From positions 77,190,001-77,254,000 of the forward strand of contig OZ287751.1 of assembly GCA_965649765.1 (NCBI GenBank): a stretch of 64,000 nt of DNA, written 5' to 3'. The DNA comes from Bispira polyomma (taxonomy: Eukaryota). The position numbers were made by a program, and so were the translations under genes. Below, in pieces: positions 1 through 13,410 of the stretch. The notes under the pieces were generated by a model. It made no database searches and was not told the DNA's origin. It saw only the letters and a list, made by a program, of their open reading frames with translations. The stretch's first letter is position 1. Every line of letters starts with the position of its first letter.

Positions 1-668
1 TTTATCCCTATTACCAAGTACGGAAAATGAGCAATTGATAATAGCAACATCTTTCTCAAATGCTAGGGATTTCTGTTGTCTTAAGAGAAAATGTATAGGA
101 AAAACACTGGCCATATTCAGAAACATTCTTAGAATACAATCTTTAAAGACATTTTTGTTAAAATCTCGGGGCCAGTCAGTTTTTTTGAAATAATATTTTT
201 AGCTAAGTGACTTGCTTGACGCAAAAATTTAAAAATAACATGCCCCCCCCCCCCCACACACACACACACAATGACTTATGTTCAGACACAAATCCATCCC
301 AAAACCATTGGCTTTAGCGCTTTTTCTCTCGTATTTTTAGCTGTAGCCTTTTCACTTTACACTGTGAGTCTAATTGATGGATGGTGAGCTGTATTTAGAC
401 ACTGCTGTCTCCACACTGTAAGATGGATGACATTCTCTGCTAGGGGGGTGGAGAGGGAGGGTAGGGGGGATAAGAAAGAAAAGCAGAAGATTTCCAGCGT
501 TTCATAATTTTTTTAAACAAAAAGTTCTGTAGTACTAACATGTTGCAAATGCATATTACTGACTAAAAGGAAACAGTTAGGGGTTTGGCAAGACCAAGTG
601 TTCTGCCGCCAATGATGGCTTTTATAACTGATAGATAGCTGATTGGCGACAGAGAGGCTACCATTAGC

Positions 669-933
669 AAAATGTTATAAATCGAAATCGGCATATATAA
701 AATCTGGTTAGAATAAATACATACCATATCTTATTTTATGCCGACATGATATATATTAATTAATATGACATAAAAACTGAACCACAAACATTGGCACTAC
801 TCTGTCTGCCATTTTACATAATACTTAATTTACAACGGTTTTGTAACAGTATCCATTCTGTCCCTTTTTGTGTATTTCGACCTCAAAATAACAATAAGGA
901 ATCTCGGTAAATAGGAAAAGATTATTTGGTCTA
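669..933. mobile_element. Truncated, diverged relative of the Mutator-like MITE at 17694-18057
   Basis: Shares 'aaatcggcatatat...atgccga...tttacaacg...tgtccctttt...gattatttggtcta' with the right two-thirds of the 17694 MITE. Left TIR is missing. Confidence 0.6.
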
Positions 934-1184
934 GGGTGTGGCTTGCTTCTTGACAGAAATGCCACTGGCAAATACACTTGAGTGTTGATTGTTACCCGAC
1001 AGATAAGGGTAAAAAAATAATGCAGTAAAACCTCTACACATTGAACACTCTAAATACACAAAGTGTTCATTATAGAAATAGGTGTTTACTGTTTAGAGGT
1101 AATGTACGATACACTGGTGACAAATGGAACCGGAAAAAAAACAACTTTGTGAGTACTTATTGTGTCCGGTGGATACTTTGGTTT

Positions 1185-1850
1185 AGTGTTCTCTATGCCA
1201 CCGCCTCCGCCGCCACAGAGAAATTTTCGCCGTTAACACTCTCAGCTGAAAACTAGACCAGCTAGCTTCTCCAATTTTGCAGGATATCTTAATTGGGAGG
1301 TAAGCTTCTCTATGACTAAAATTAGCCTTATTCTGAAAAACAAGATGGCCGCCATCGGCATTTCTTTGAAAATTATCAACCTTTTTCTACTGGCTGGTTT
1401 TCATAACTATAAGGTTAAATCTCTTCATAGGTGATATGTATAACAGATATATACGTCCTCTACAAGCATTCAGACATTTGACCTTGAAACTCTTAATTGA
1501 AGGTCATCCACGGAGTGCCAAAGTACCCCACATAGCGAACTTTAAAAGTGCCTATAGCTACCTTATTATTGGTCCTAGAGGTTTGGCCTGTAAAGCCTAC
1601 CTATAGAAAATCATGGGCTGGCAATCTTCTGATGTGGTCAGGTTTGATCTTGGGCCCCTCATTCAAGGTCAAATAAAGTATCCAAACTTAAAAGTGCTTA
1701 TAACTTGCTTAATATTGGTCCCAGAGGTTTGCATTGTGAAACCAACTTATAGGTAATCATGGGCTGAGAATCAGAGGGTCAGATGAGGGTAGTTAAACTT
1801 AAAAGTGCTTATAACTCGCTTATTGCCCTTTACTGCTAGTCGACATCTTA
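1185..1850 (+). mobile_element. Helentron/Helitron-associated non-autonomous element (HINE-like) with ~145-bp internal tandem units
   Basis: (CCG)n-like tract near the 5' end, 'caagatggccgcc' and 'tgaccttga' motifs, and units 'aaaagtgc(c/t)tata...ggtcc.agaggtttg...aatcatgggctg' starting at ~1544, 1690 and 1801. Termini not resolved. Confidence 0.45.
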
Positions 1851-2405
1851 GGGGTCAAAATGGTTAATGAAAGGGGAAATGGAGTGAAATATTCAAAATC
1901 TAGGTTTGTGATTCAGTGTCTTGTTAATTTTAATAATTTAATGAAAATGAGAATTTTTATGTATTTATTGTAAATTCATGAATCTAACCTTTATAAAAAT
2001 GGAAAACAAACACCAAATTACCTTTAGACCTTTATACGTTTCTATTGTGGGAGTATTGGTATTTGTTCACACTAAAAGAGAAGACAATGTCCAATAAAAC
2101 TTTGATCAGAATCGTTTCTAGCAAGTTGTAACAAGAGGCATTGATTGGACTTGCGTTGTCAGTAAGCTTGCATAGATGTTCCTTTCAGTCTGAACATGTA
2201 AAAACCAAGATCCAAGGAAAGCCATCCAAACTCACTGGTCAACAAAGACAAATTTTTTAGCTACCTTAGTATAGCCACTTTGTCCCATTACCCATGTTCT
2301 GCTGGTAATAAAAATGATTCTTTTTCTAATTTCTGATAAGCAGAAATTAAGTATCCCTTGAAAAGGGCACTTTTTCGCTTCTGCGTTTGGGTTTTCTCGC
2401 CGCTG

Positions 2406-2674
2406 GTGGGCCGCAGTGGCCTAGTGGTTAGCAAGCATTGCGCTTCACAATCACTGGCCTCTCACCTCTGGGCGGCTTGAGTTCGAATCCCATTGATGCC
2501 TATGTGGGAAAGGTGGTAGTTCCTTACTGTGGGCCGCTGGTTTCAGTGCAGAACCTTGATCAACTGTATGCGGTGTTTCCTCCTGCATTTCCAACTACCC
2601 GTCCCAATATAACCTAAACAGGTACTAGAGTGGACGTTAAACATCCCAATTTTTAAAAAAAAAAAAAAAAAAAA
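2406..2674 (+). mobile_element. tRNA-derived SINE, family A (copy 1)
   Basis: Pol III A box TGGCCTAGTGG, B box GTTCGAATCC, A-rich tail. 14-bp TSD ttttctcgccgctg (2392-2405 / 2675-2688). Inserted just after a HINE-like 5' end at ~2346. Confidence 0.92.
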
Positions 2675-3100
2675 TTTTCTCGCCGCTGCATTATGGTCTT
2701 CTTTAATATCGCTCTTAAGATCAATGATATGGAAATGATTTTCGGCATTTATAGGAGTAGGTTAAATTTGACCTTCACCAAGGTCACATGATCAAAATCA
2801 AATGTTTCACATACATTTGCTTGTCACCACTTTTTCTTAGAAAGTATTTATTATCAGTTGCTATTTGAGTGAACATAATTGGAAAACTGATATTTAGGAA
2901 ATTGACATCTTTCTGAAATTAGTAAATCACATGATTTGAAATGGTGTAAAAAAAAAGTTTTAGTTAGGTTTTGAATTATGTATATGTAATGCAGTATAAA
3001 ACATCTTAGGACACATAGATATGCAAGTATACATACTAAGTAGAAGTGGTGAAATTACTTACATCTAAGTTATGTTTGACTGGTCAAGTTTCTTCTAATA

Positions 3101-4960
3101 ATTAAGCGTCCCTTGAAAAGGGCGCTTATTTGGTTTCACCCCTGGTTTCCTCACCGCCGCCGCCGCCTTTAATATTTCCTTCAATATTATCTGCATCAAA
3201 ATTATTTTTGGCAGTTCTCTTAACCAGGAGTGGGAAATTTTTTTCATATTCTTGGCTTTGAACTTTGGCCTACTTAAATGTCAGGTGACCCTGGGGATGT
3301 AAAAGTGCTTGTCACTAGGTTTTCTCAGAAAGTATTCATCATAGCTCAATGAAATTTGGTATGTACCTTGGTAAGGCAATTTTCAGGACGGGAGACGTTG
3401 ATGAGATTAATCGGATGATAATTGACCGATTGCCAACCGATTGATTTTTATTGAAATGCGAAAAATCGGTACTTTTTGCTATCTCGGAAACTATTGGGAT
3501 TTCGGCTTTTTCTTGGTATAAGTTATTCATTTACTTTTTGATTTCATGTATGATGTAAAAATCTCACAGTTCTAAGTCCAGTACTCAATGAGTACTGAGT
3601 ACTTCAAATGAGTAGTTTGCTCTATTTTGCTCTATCTTGCACTTTTATCAACTTTTCTTTTGAAGTACTTGTCATAGTTCAATGAAATTTAGCATGCACA
3701 TTGCAAATACCAAAGCATAGATGTCCGTAAATTTTTAGATCAATCTGGTGATAATTGACTGATTGACAGGGTCGATCAATAATACAAAATAGGGAAAAAA
3801 ATGTGTTGATGGGTGCTTTTTTGAGCGTGTGAGGATTTTTATTTTTAATTTCAGACCAGTACATGCAGCGCGTAACTTTTGAAGAATAGCCTGAATTTTT
3901 ATTTAATTTTTACTCCATCCAAAAATATGCGATCGTTACTGATATAAAACGATTTCAATTTCAAAAATTTTAAAAATTAAGGTCTTTTTTTTAAACGTTC
4001 ATTATCTCGGAAACGGCGCTAGATAGAGCGATTTCGAGCTCATTTTCGACCTACATGGTTGACTTTGTTTATATGTAAACTTTCAAAAAATTTTCAATTT
4101 TGGCGATCATCTTGAATTTCTGCGTCTTTTTCGAAAATGTCCGTTATCTCGGAAACGTTGCTACATAGAGCGATTTTGAGCTCATTTTTGACCCAAAGGG
4201 TTGATTTTGCTTACATGTAAACTTTCAAAAGGTTTTCAATTTTGGCGGCCATCTTGAATTTCTTCGTTTTTTTTTCGAAAATGTCCATTATCTCGGAAAC
4301 GGTGCTCGATAGAGCGATTTCGAGCTCATTTTCGACCCACAGGGTTGCTCATATGTAAACTTTTGTAAAAAATGTTCGATTTTGGCGGCCATCTTGAATT
4401 TCTGGGAATTTTACGAAAATGTCTGTTATCTCGGAAACGGTGCTAGATAGAGTGATTTCGAGCTCATTTTCAACTCACAGGGTTGATTTTGCTTATATGT
4501 TATACTTTTGAAAAAATATTCGATTTTGGCGGCCATCTTGAATTTCTGAAAATTTTACGAAAATGTCCGTTATCTCGGAAACAGTGCTAGATAGAGCGAT
4601 TTCGAGATCATTTTCGACCCACAGGGAAATTTTTCGAATATGTCCTTTATTTCGGAAACGGTGATAGATAGAGCAATTTCAAGCTGATTTTCGACCCATA
4701 GGGCTTTTTTCATTTATATATAAACTTTGAAGTAATTTTTAATTTGGGCAACCACCTTTAATTTCTGCGTCTTTTTAGAAAATGTCTTATCTCAGAAATG
4801 GTGCTACATAGAGCGATTTCGAGCTTATATTCGACCAAAAGTGCTGATTCTGCTTATATGTCAACTTTTGTACAATATCAAACCATGTTCACTGAACAAT
4901 TTCATTATTATTTCAACTTTAGGGACGCTTCATTTTTGGTATCAAAAAACGTTTTTTAGT
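3101..4960 (+). mobile_element. Helentron-associated interspersed element (HINE/DINE-like), apparently complete
   Basis: 5' subTIR aagcgtccct (3104-3113) with adjacent inverted copy agggcgctt, then a (CCG)n microsatellite and an internal tandem array. 3' subTIR agggacgctt (4921-4930) is followed by a short hairpin and a T-rich end. Confidence 0.8.
4001..4870 (+). repeat. Tandem array of ~142-bp units (~7 copies) inside the HINE
   Basis: 'ttatctcggaaacggtgctagatagagcgatttcgagctcattttcgacc' recurs at ~4001, 4143, 4287, 4426, 4569, 4647 (short unit) and 4786. Confidence 0.92.
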
Positions 4961-7900
4961 TATTTATATATTCTCCTGTTCATAGAAAATAGGAATTAGC
5001 AGTCAAACGGCTCTAAGACCAATTATTAGTTATACCCTCCACACTAAGCGTCATGTGATCCCCAACAAGAATGTTGCATATTGTTTAACTTAAGAAAAAT
5101 ATATTTCAAATAGCAAGTTATTTTAGAAAAAATGAAATATTAAACGTGCACTACTGAACTAGACTGTATGCTGAAATCCCAGAATAAGTTCAACCTGGTG
5201 CTTTATGACGGTTTGATATTGGCTGGAACTTGTGGTTTTTGGGTAAAATATTCGAAAATAGCTAAGGTCACAAAACACACACCACAGAAGACTTCCAGCA
5301 TTTTATAATTTTATAAACGAAAATGTGTGGTACCGAAGGATATTAAAACAGTTATTTGGGGGTGTTGCCTTCTTGTTGACAATGTGCTTTATTTTTGGAC
5401 AGTCTTAGCCTGATCATAGTTGTTGTTACCCACAGGTGTGGCCAGAGTAGCTGTAGTGGGTCACTGGATGGCTCTCAAATCATATCATACACAGACCAAT
5501 TATCTGCATATAGTAAATTGCCCTTTGATCGTGAAATGGGCTGATATTCACACAAGTTTTTACTAACAATAGGTTTATCATGGCAATAAATCCCAGGTAT
5601 CGCTTGGGTAACAGTAGTTGATCATTGTGATGTTCAAAGAAGATATTTAGAGTTAAATACTCATGTGACTGTAAAAGCAGCTGACCTTCTCATGGGTTTA
5701 TTGTGGCAACAGCTCAATTGTTATAGACTTATAGTCCTATTTGAAGCATGAAGATGGCCACCATAACAATTATTGTGAAAAATAGTCTCAAAACTATTGA
5801 AAAGAAAACTTAAAGTGTAGGTATCTTCACCAAACTTGACACTTTATCATGGGAACAGTTAACATATTTTTTCTGTTTTATTAAGTTTTTATCCCTGTCT
5901 AGTTGTAACATACATATAACAATTAGGGTCTATATTATGAATATGGACCTTCTGAAAAGCTTTTAATATTATTCCAAGAATGCCTTTTTAACAATGTTTT
6001 TATATGATCCTTCATATAAAGTAGACTAAGTCAAAGGTGGGGGGAGGGGGGGGCTTTGGAATGAATCCCCATCTAGGCCATCTATCCATAATTGTACTTC
6101 ATCTGTGATGTCCTTGACCAAAATTGCCCTATATGAAATATCTCAAGTAACGTTTCTAAAAACTCTTCGGTGTAATAAGGGTATTTGCAAAGTGTAACCA
6201 AATGGTGAAACACTGAAAAATTCCTTAGAACACTGTTGTGTGACCAATTTATACCGATGATGAGTAATCTACCCCAGAGCTATGAGCATTGGGAACAATT
6301 TAGTGACCTTGATTCTGTTTTAGTGGCTATGACCTTTTTACTGCTTAAACTGTATACTTCATCTGATCATTTCAAGTGGACCAAGTTGTTTGATGGCGAT
6401 TCCCCTGAACATTCATTTTAAGCAGCTCAGCAATTTATCCTAGGAGCACCCAGGACGTTTGATCGAGCAACGTCTATGAACATCTTCCAATAAAAAAAAT
6501 ACCCTGTAAATATCAATGGACATACACTTGTTGTTTTGCGTTCTTTTGGTACTTTGCACAAAAGTACGTACATGATCGAGAACCTCTATTATATGAACTT
6601 CAGTTATCTAAATATTTAGTTTTATGAACTCACTTTCACTCTCCCAAATGTTAATGTTAAAAATTTATGTTTTCCTTTTGTTTAAAACAAATGATCCTTC
6701 TATTTTCTTAACCTTTTATTATTCAAATTTGACAATCAAAAACATGTTTGGGAATTGGAGGTTCTACTCTAATAAATGAAATGACCTCTTTTGTTACTTG
6801 TTAGCCACAACCTTAAATATAGAGAAGCAAGTCTATAAATTATACAGCACAGCTAGCACCTAGATGCCTTATTAGGCTAAATCTGAAGGAGAAGGGAAAT
6901 AGATTGTGACTTTTTTATCCCCAGTGGGACACATTATCCCATTCGGTAGTGCCAGAAAAGAATGGGGGCTAAAACCTGACAAGGAACATGTAGGCCCTGA
7001 TCTTCTCTAAAGAAAATCTTAGCTCTGACTCAAGAGTCACGTCAAGTAAAAACCTAGGTGAAAATCCCTTGTATATGAAAGTAATGTATACTTGTGACCA
7101 TTTGTTTTTTGTAGAGCTTTCAACACTGAATTCAAATATACAAACAGATTTTAATTTTAAATTAACTCAATGAAAAGTTATGGAGAAATCATATTTAAGT
7201 TTGAGTCAGAGAATACAGTTGCTGTTTTGAATACAAGGAGTGATATATATGAATGCTGCAGCTGTTCTTTTGTGGCGTATAGTTGTATTCATTATATATG
7301 GAGTAGACAGCAGTTTCTCCAAAAGAGGCTGCAAATACAATATAACTTACCTCTATTATCCAAATATTTTGGGAAAACACGATTTTATTTGGATAATCGA
7401 AGGTTCATAAAACTAGAACCAGAATTTAGGTGTAAAACATCGGACAAAGAAAACAACTTGTGAGAGTGGAAATGCGTTTATAATATTGAATATTCAGATA
7501 ATAAATGTTTGGACAACTTGAGGTTCTACTGAATAAGCACAAAATTATTGGTATTGTTTCCATAAAAAAGGCGTCTTACAATACTTACTTTTGGAATTTG
7601 TTAATATTTTACTATTATTGTTTTAATTAATGGTTTTCGAGAAGCTGAACCTGAAATGATAACCAGCTGTCCACCTAAAATTACAGTCATCAGCTCGATT
7701 CTCGGCCATGGCATGTATGTGGAAAAGTTGGCAGCAGACAGTGCAGCAGAAAACCTTGACCAACTATATATACCCTGTTTACTGACACAATAGAAGGAAG
7801 TCACGGACATGACACCAAATGTGTTAAAACCAAATTACATTAAACCCAATCTAAACTAATATTACTATGATATCAAAAAATAATCTGGATTGCTCGAACT

Positions 7901-8291
7901 ATTTATTAATGAGAAAGTAATGTTACTTAACTCAGAACTATAGAGGGGAGTATTTGTTTGATGTATTTTTTTCTTTTAATACAGTCAATTAGCAGTGCAG
8001 TCACGTTCCCTTACAGGCCGCCCCTCCCCTTTTTCTCAGTCGGTTTCACTAACTCTTGACAAAGTGAACAATTGTCCATCAGAACAGCAGTAACACCTGC
8101 AGAATTGCAGATTTGGAGGGTTTTGTCCTTGGGATTAATGTTGTTGGTGGACAAAATTGCTTTACAGTTTCCTTACAATTGGTGCCGATTAACAGGAATA
8201 TTCCAGTCAAAAGAAGAAACCTAAGTTTACTTTAAATTTAAAGGTTAGGCTTGACTGCTTCTCCAACATATATAAGTGCCACATATATGTT

Positions 8292-8400
8292 CAGTAGAAC
8301 TTCTAATATCTGAACTTCTATGATCTAAACTTTTAATTTCATGAATTCATTTTACAAAATGAGGCTCTCCAACTATGTTTGGATAAAAGAGGTTCTACTG
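8292..8400. mobile_element. Small Tc1/pogo-type MITE
   Basis: Ends are cagtagaac(t)tct ... agaggttctactg, followed by TA. Related ends occur at ~6580, ~6760 and ~7520. Confidence 0.55.
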
Positions 8401-8487
8401 TAATAATAAATTTAAAGTAATGAAGGGGAGAAAAAAGAGGGTTGTGAAAGAAAAAAAGACACATTCTAAACTTAGCTTGAAGGATTA

Positions 8488-8716
8488 AGGAACGAATAGA
8501 CCTAACCGATTTTGCTTCCGCATCCATCATCCGATGTCCGTTTTCATCATCCAAAATGCTATATGTGTATCTAAAAAAATCGGCTCCCGAATCTGAGGTG
8601 ACGTCGGCCAGGTGTATTCTACTTCTCTCTTTCTTGATATTTTGATTTTATCGGATGATGGAAACGACGTCGGATGACAGATTCAAAAGCAAATTCGGAC
8701 AGGTGTATTCACCCCT
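8488..8716. mobile_element. PIF/Harbinger-type MITE
   Basis: Degenerate TIRs (aggaacgaatagaccta.. / ..caggtgtattcacccct), palindromic interior, TTA on both sides. Confidence 0.6.
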
Positions 8717-9852
8717 TTACACTAAAAAAGGGTGAGGAATTTTAATAAAGGAGGGAAGTAAGTGACTTAAATTCTAAGGTTGACCTCAGACTGAGGTAAG
8801 AATAGGGTAAGGGAGAGAAGATGTGTAGAGAAGGTGGGTACAATAAAAAGGGGAGTGAAATGTTTTAAGGGTGATCTCAGACAGGTAAGAGTGGGTTAGG
8901 GGGTGTAAAGGTAGGTAACTCTGAGGGCTGTGACTAAAACCATGTGTCCCTGAAACAAAAACACAAGCACAGATTTGGATGCAAAGCTTCTAAAAAGCGC
9001 ATCAGAATCAGGAATTCAAAAGGCCAAGACCTTAAAAAGTAGCCAGGTCGTAAAGGGGGTGTGATTGGTAAGAAAAAGTTGTTTATAGTTGTTAAGCAAT
9101 TTTTAACAGACGACTGTTGTGCTGATTTCAGAAGCCAGACAGAAGGAATTGAGTTCCAACATTAATGTAGAAAACTGTTCAATGACTATAATATGGGTGC
9201 TGCTACAATCTCAAAGCACAAAGACCCAACCCACAATTATTGAGTGATAATAGGAGAGTGGCACAGCTGGTGATTTCACTTTTGATATTACTAACATACT
9301 TAATATTAAAACAGTTTATTCACAGTTTTACAAAAAATTCAGTACATGACGAGTTCCAACACATGATATTTGATTTAGAAAAAGGGTAAATAAAACATTC
9401 ATCTTTTTTATACGTATAACAGACACGAGTAGATTTTGCTGACATGTCACATGACTTTTGAAATTGGAAGACATGTTTTTTTTTTTTCATTTATTTTTTC
9501 TACCAGTTTTGCTCATATCTTTTAAACCCTAATAGTTGGGAAAAACTCCCAAACTAACAGTCTGCAGGAAGAAGAAAGCTGGGATGCTGTTTATATATAT
9601 ATACCTGTAAAAGTCCTTTATGGATTGTAAAAAATAATTAGTTATGTACAGTTCTGCTAAAACCTAATGCAAAACCTGGTGGTTCAATGTGTGTTGGTAT
9701 ATAAACTACTAAAAAAAGACAAGAGTGTGCTTTCAGAAATGTCACAGGCGCACAGTATAAATACAAAAACGTTGATATTGTCTGACACTCCTCAGTTTGA
9801 ATAAGTTGATTGCTTCCAACTGATGCATGAAGGCCTAACATATTGTTTCTTA

Positions 9853-10501
9853 TGCCGTGGTCACACTGAGTTCGTTTGTGTTAAGTTGCTTTTAGAAAAT
9901 GGGAGAAAACGAAGTGAAAAACCGTGGGAAAATCAGGAAACGTAGTAAATATCTATGTATGGGCCGTTTTGTACACGTTTAGTATGCATCTGTACATGTT
10001 TGTACACACATTTAATATGCATTAATAGCCGTTTCAATTATGTTTAACTCGTTAGCCACGTTTTAATAATACGTTAGCCTCGTTAGTCACGTTTTTAGAA
10101 ATATGTTAGCCAGGCTTTTAATCCCGTTTCAGTCTCGTTTTTAATGTTTGTAAACCCTTTTCGTTCTCGTTCTCCTCATCCTTAATATTATTTGTATGTA
10201 TAGTTCATTTTATTCCCGTCCTTCATGTCAAATACGCATTAAATATGTGTCATATGTTTGCTGCGAACACACCACATGTTTTCGGAAAATTTTCAGCAAA
10301 TGGCTAAAAACGTAATACATTTTGAGCAGTCCGAAAATTAAGACTTTTTTTTTTGAAATGGGAAATAACTAAACTTAAGGTACCATGTTTTACTTACGTT
10401 TACTATGTTTTACTTAAATTTTGCTTACATTTACTACGTTTTAGCTCACGTTAGAAATTTTTTGTGCGTAATTAAAATGTAAGGCCAGTGTGACCATGGC
10501 A
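9853..10501. mobile_element. PIF/Harbinger-type MITE, family B (copy 1)
   Basis: TIRs tgccgtggtcacactg / cagtgtgaccatggca, flanked by TTA/TAA. Reverse-oriented relative at 19346-19905. Confidence 0.8.
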
Positions 10502-11479
10502 TAAGTCGGAGGTCATCTTTTCAAAGATTGAGAATGAAAAGAATGTCAGGCGGTGAGTGATAATAGCAATACACCTTTCTACAAGCATCATTATGATGAG
10601 TAAGAAGTGTCATGCAATTCTTGTGACAAGGTTTTTATTTTCCACTTTTTCACGAGGAACAAATCCATAAACATAATTGATATTACCATAAAATCCCCTC
10701 CGTAAAAAGCACATGGGGTTTTAGTTTATACTTAAGAAAAAAAGCAAAAATTACCGTAATTACCGTAATTTTGTTTCTTTCTTTCTATTGTAGATCAAAC
10801 AAAATTAAGTGCACACCAGTTGATCTAAGGAATTCCACAACTTCTATTTACCCATTAAGCATGTCAGCAACTGTCAACCACTTACAATTATGCAAATTTA
10901 CAACACAAAACCTTTTTTTTTATTCCATTGGTTGGTTTTTTTCAACAGTACTTTCAAATGAAGTGGATTTTTATCGGACACATTGCTCAGGATTAAACAA
11001 TGGCCAACCAGTACATTTGCATATGGACCTACACCAGTTAAATAAAAAAGAAATAGCTTTAGAAGTATTTATTAAATTTACCAAAATTAAATGTTGTGAA
11101 GTCAGATTTAAGCTGAAGCACTCTACATTGTACAAAATATATTTACTGCAGAATAGAAAGTTGGAGCCATTCATAAAATTTGTAAATTACTGCAATAACG
11201 CCTAAAGATGTTGGAAATGTATATACCTAAAAGAAATTTCCAGCTTTTAAATATAAAGGTAAGAGATATTAAATATAAATCGACATTTTAGCTGGACTTT
11301 TCAATTTTTGAGAAGTTGATGAATTAATTTTCACTATAGAATTTTAATTTGCATTTTTAATAGATCTTATTGATGTGAGGTTTCTTCTAAGAAACAACTA
11401 TAGAATAAAAAAATCAATCGAGTAGACCAAAAACATTGTCAGCTAATAAGGAAGGATGTGGGGTGTACAGGGATGGAAG

Positions 11480-11970
11480 TAAAAGGGAATAGAGCTTTTG
11501 AAGAGATAGGTTTTAAGTTTTCTCCTGAAGCCAGAAAGGGGCAGCTATTAAGAAAGTTCTAGATCCAGCCCTTTTGGTGGGCTTTACAGAGGAAACAGAA
11601 AATCTCCTTCCACTCTTTATGTAACTGAAGGAACAGCTTTGAAAGTGGTAACAGTAAGTGATTTTGAACAAAATTTGATTATGAATACAAAGCTAACCTA
11701 ATTTTTTGAGCTATGGAGACACATCGGTACAGATACCCAGACGAAAAATGACCCTGCATAGATAGTTTTAACTGGACTTTAATAGAAGAGAATTGCAGTA
11801 GTCGAGGTGATCACTTATAAGGGAGTTAACCACAGTAATAGCAGTAGCCAGTGACAATAAGTGATTTCTGATTTTTTTGATATCATGAATATGATAGCAA
11901 GACATTTTTTGCTGATGTGTGTATCAAATAGAAAGCCGAGTCAATAGTAACACTAAGGTGGTTCAACATT
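11480..11970 (-). mobile_element. Old, decayed L2 LINE 3' fragment
   Basis: 'aattgcagtagtcgag' reads LDYCN on the minus strand. Flanking sequence follows the order of the younger L2 copies. No ORF left. Confidence 0.55.
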
Positions 11971-11983
11971 CTAATCTAATAGA

Positions 11984-12272
11984 CAGGGGAGTAGCCAGGA
12001 TTTTTTATCTGGTACTCCCAAATTAAACCAATTTATAAGGTTATTTTTGGGTCTTACCAAAAAATCATATTTTGGTTTACTTGAGGAGTACTAATTTTTT
12101 TTATTTGACAATAGTAATCTATGATACTGCTAAAACGAATTAAAAGAAAAAGAAGTTTACATTTTTTTTTTTTTATTTTTTTTTTTCAAATGTTTTTTTA
12201 AATTTTGTTTTCTTTCTTGTCATTAAATTGGTACGCCTGGGCGTACTGGCGTTAATGGTAGCTACGACCCTG
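11984..12272. mobile_element. hAT-like MITE
   Basis: TIRs caggggagtagc / gctacgaccctg (CAGGG...CCCTG ends). No 8-bp TSD visible. Confidence 0.55.
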
Positions 12273-12949
12273 TTTATGTTTCATTTCTTTCATGTAAATC
12301 TCAATATTCTCTAGCTTTTGATAATTTTGTTACATTTGGGCCTGGAAGTAGGTCCTACTTTGACATTTCACATACAAGCTCACATTCTTTTCAGAAAATA
12401 TGTTGCATCATTTTAAAAATCCCAGTATTTTACAATTTTAAAGATAATGTATATGGATGTAATCCATAAAGGAAATTGGACACTGTATCTCGGAAATGCC
12501 AGTGCAAACAAAGAATTATTTCCTCTAATAAATAACACTGAATGATATTTGTGTATAACGTGACTTACAATCAATTTCACCCCTTTAGATAGTAACGAAA
12601 ATTTTTAATTATACAAACTCTGTAACATTACAATTAATTATAATTTGTTCCTACCCTCAGTCAACCATTTTCTTAGACACATTGCATTATTGTCCCACAA
12701 ATGTTTTGTACCAATTAGTTAAAACTAAGAATCCAAGTTTTATGCAACTTCAATTGCTTTATCCTCCCTTAACTGAGGCAAGACCATGCAATTGCATATA
12801 TCCACCACTATAATGGCCTATGTTCATTGGTTGGTCGATTTATTTGTAGGAGACCAAGCTTACACACAAAAACTACTCAACCCATTTTGATATCCAATTT
12901 GATAGCGGAATAGCCCATGGGCCTAGGATTTAAATTTACTTGGATTTTA

Positions 12950-13410
12950 CATCACTTTCAAGGGCTTGGCTCATATCATGGCAGCCAGATTGAATGGTGG
13001 TAGAAACCACCGGCCTATGGCATGTACCTGACAAACTTTGCCACTTATAGGAACAAAAGGTATTCAAAACCACATTGGTGAGATGCCAATAATTGTGAAG
13101 CAGGTACATGCTACTAACCAGGGGTCGGCGGTGGCCCTGTGGTTAGCAAGCATTGTGCTTCACAATCACTGGTCTCTCACCTCTGGGTGGCGTGGGTTTG
13201 ACTCCCGTTGATGCCTATGTGGGAAAGGTGGTAGTTCCTTACTGTGGGCCTCTGGTTTCAGTGCAGAACCTTGATCAACTGTATGCAGTGTTTCCTCTAG
13301 CGTTTCCAACTATCCGTCCCAATATAACCAAAACTGGTACTAGAGTGAACGTTAAATATCCCAATTCAAATTCAAATTCATGCTACTAACCAAGAGACCA
13401 CCGAGGCTCC
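12950..13410 (-). mobile_element. Older SINE (Meta-SINE-like), interrupted by a family A SINE
   Basis: 'tcatatcatggcagccag...ggtggtagaaaccaccggcct...acctgacaaac' is shared with 17570-18130 and resembles a widespread mollusc SINE core (from recall). Confidence 0.55.
13121..13378 (+). mobile_element. tRNA-derived SINE, family A (copy 2)
   Basis: Colinear with copy 1, (AAATTC)n tail. 14-bp TSD catgctactaacca (13107-13120 / 13379-13392). Confidence 0.92.

Noticed and set aside
10771-11205. 144-aa ORF
   Set aside because: AT-rich with background composition, non-ATG start and no recognisable motif.
13153-13389. Recurrent 'FTITGLSPLGGV...' ORFs (also 27417, 55563) suggesting a small gene family or tRNA genes
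   Set aside because: Chance frames in SINE family A. The tRNA-like head does not form a full cloverleaf.
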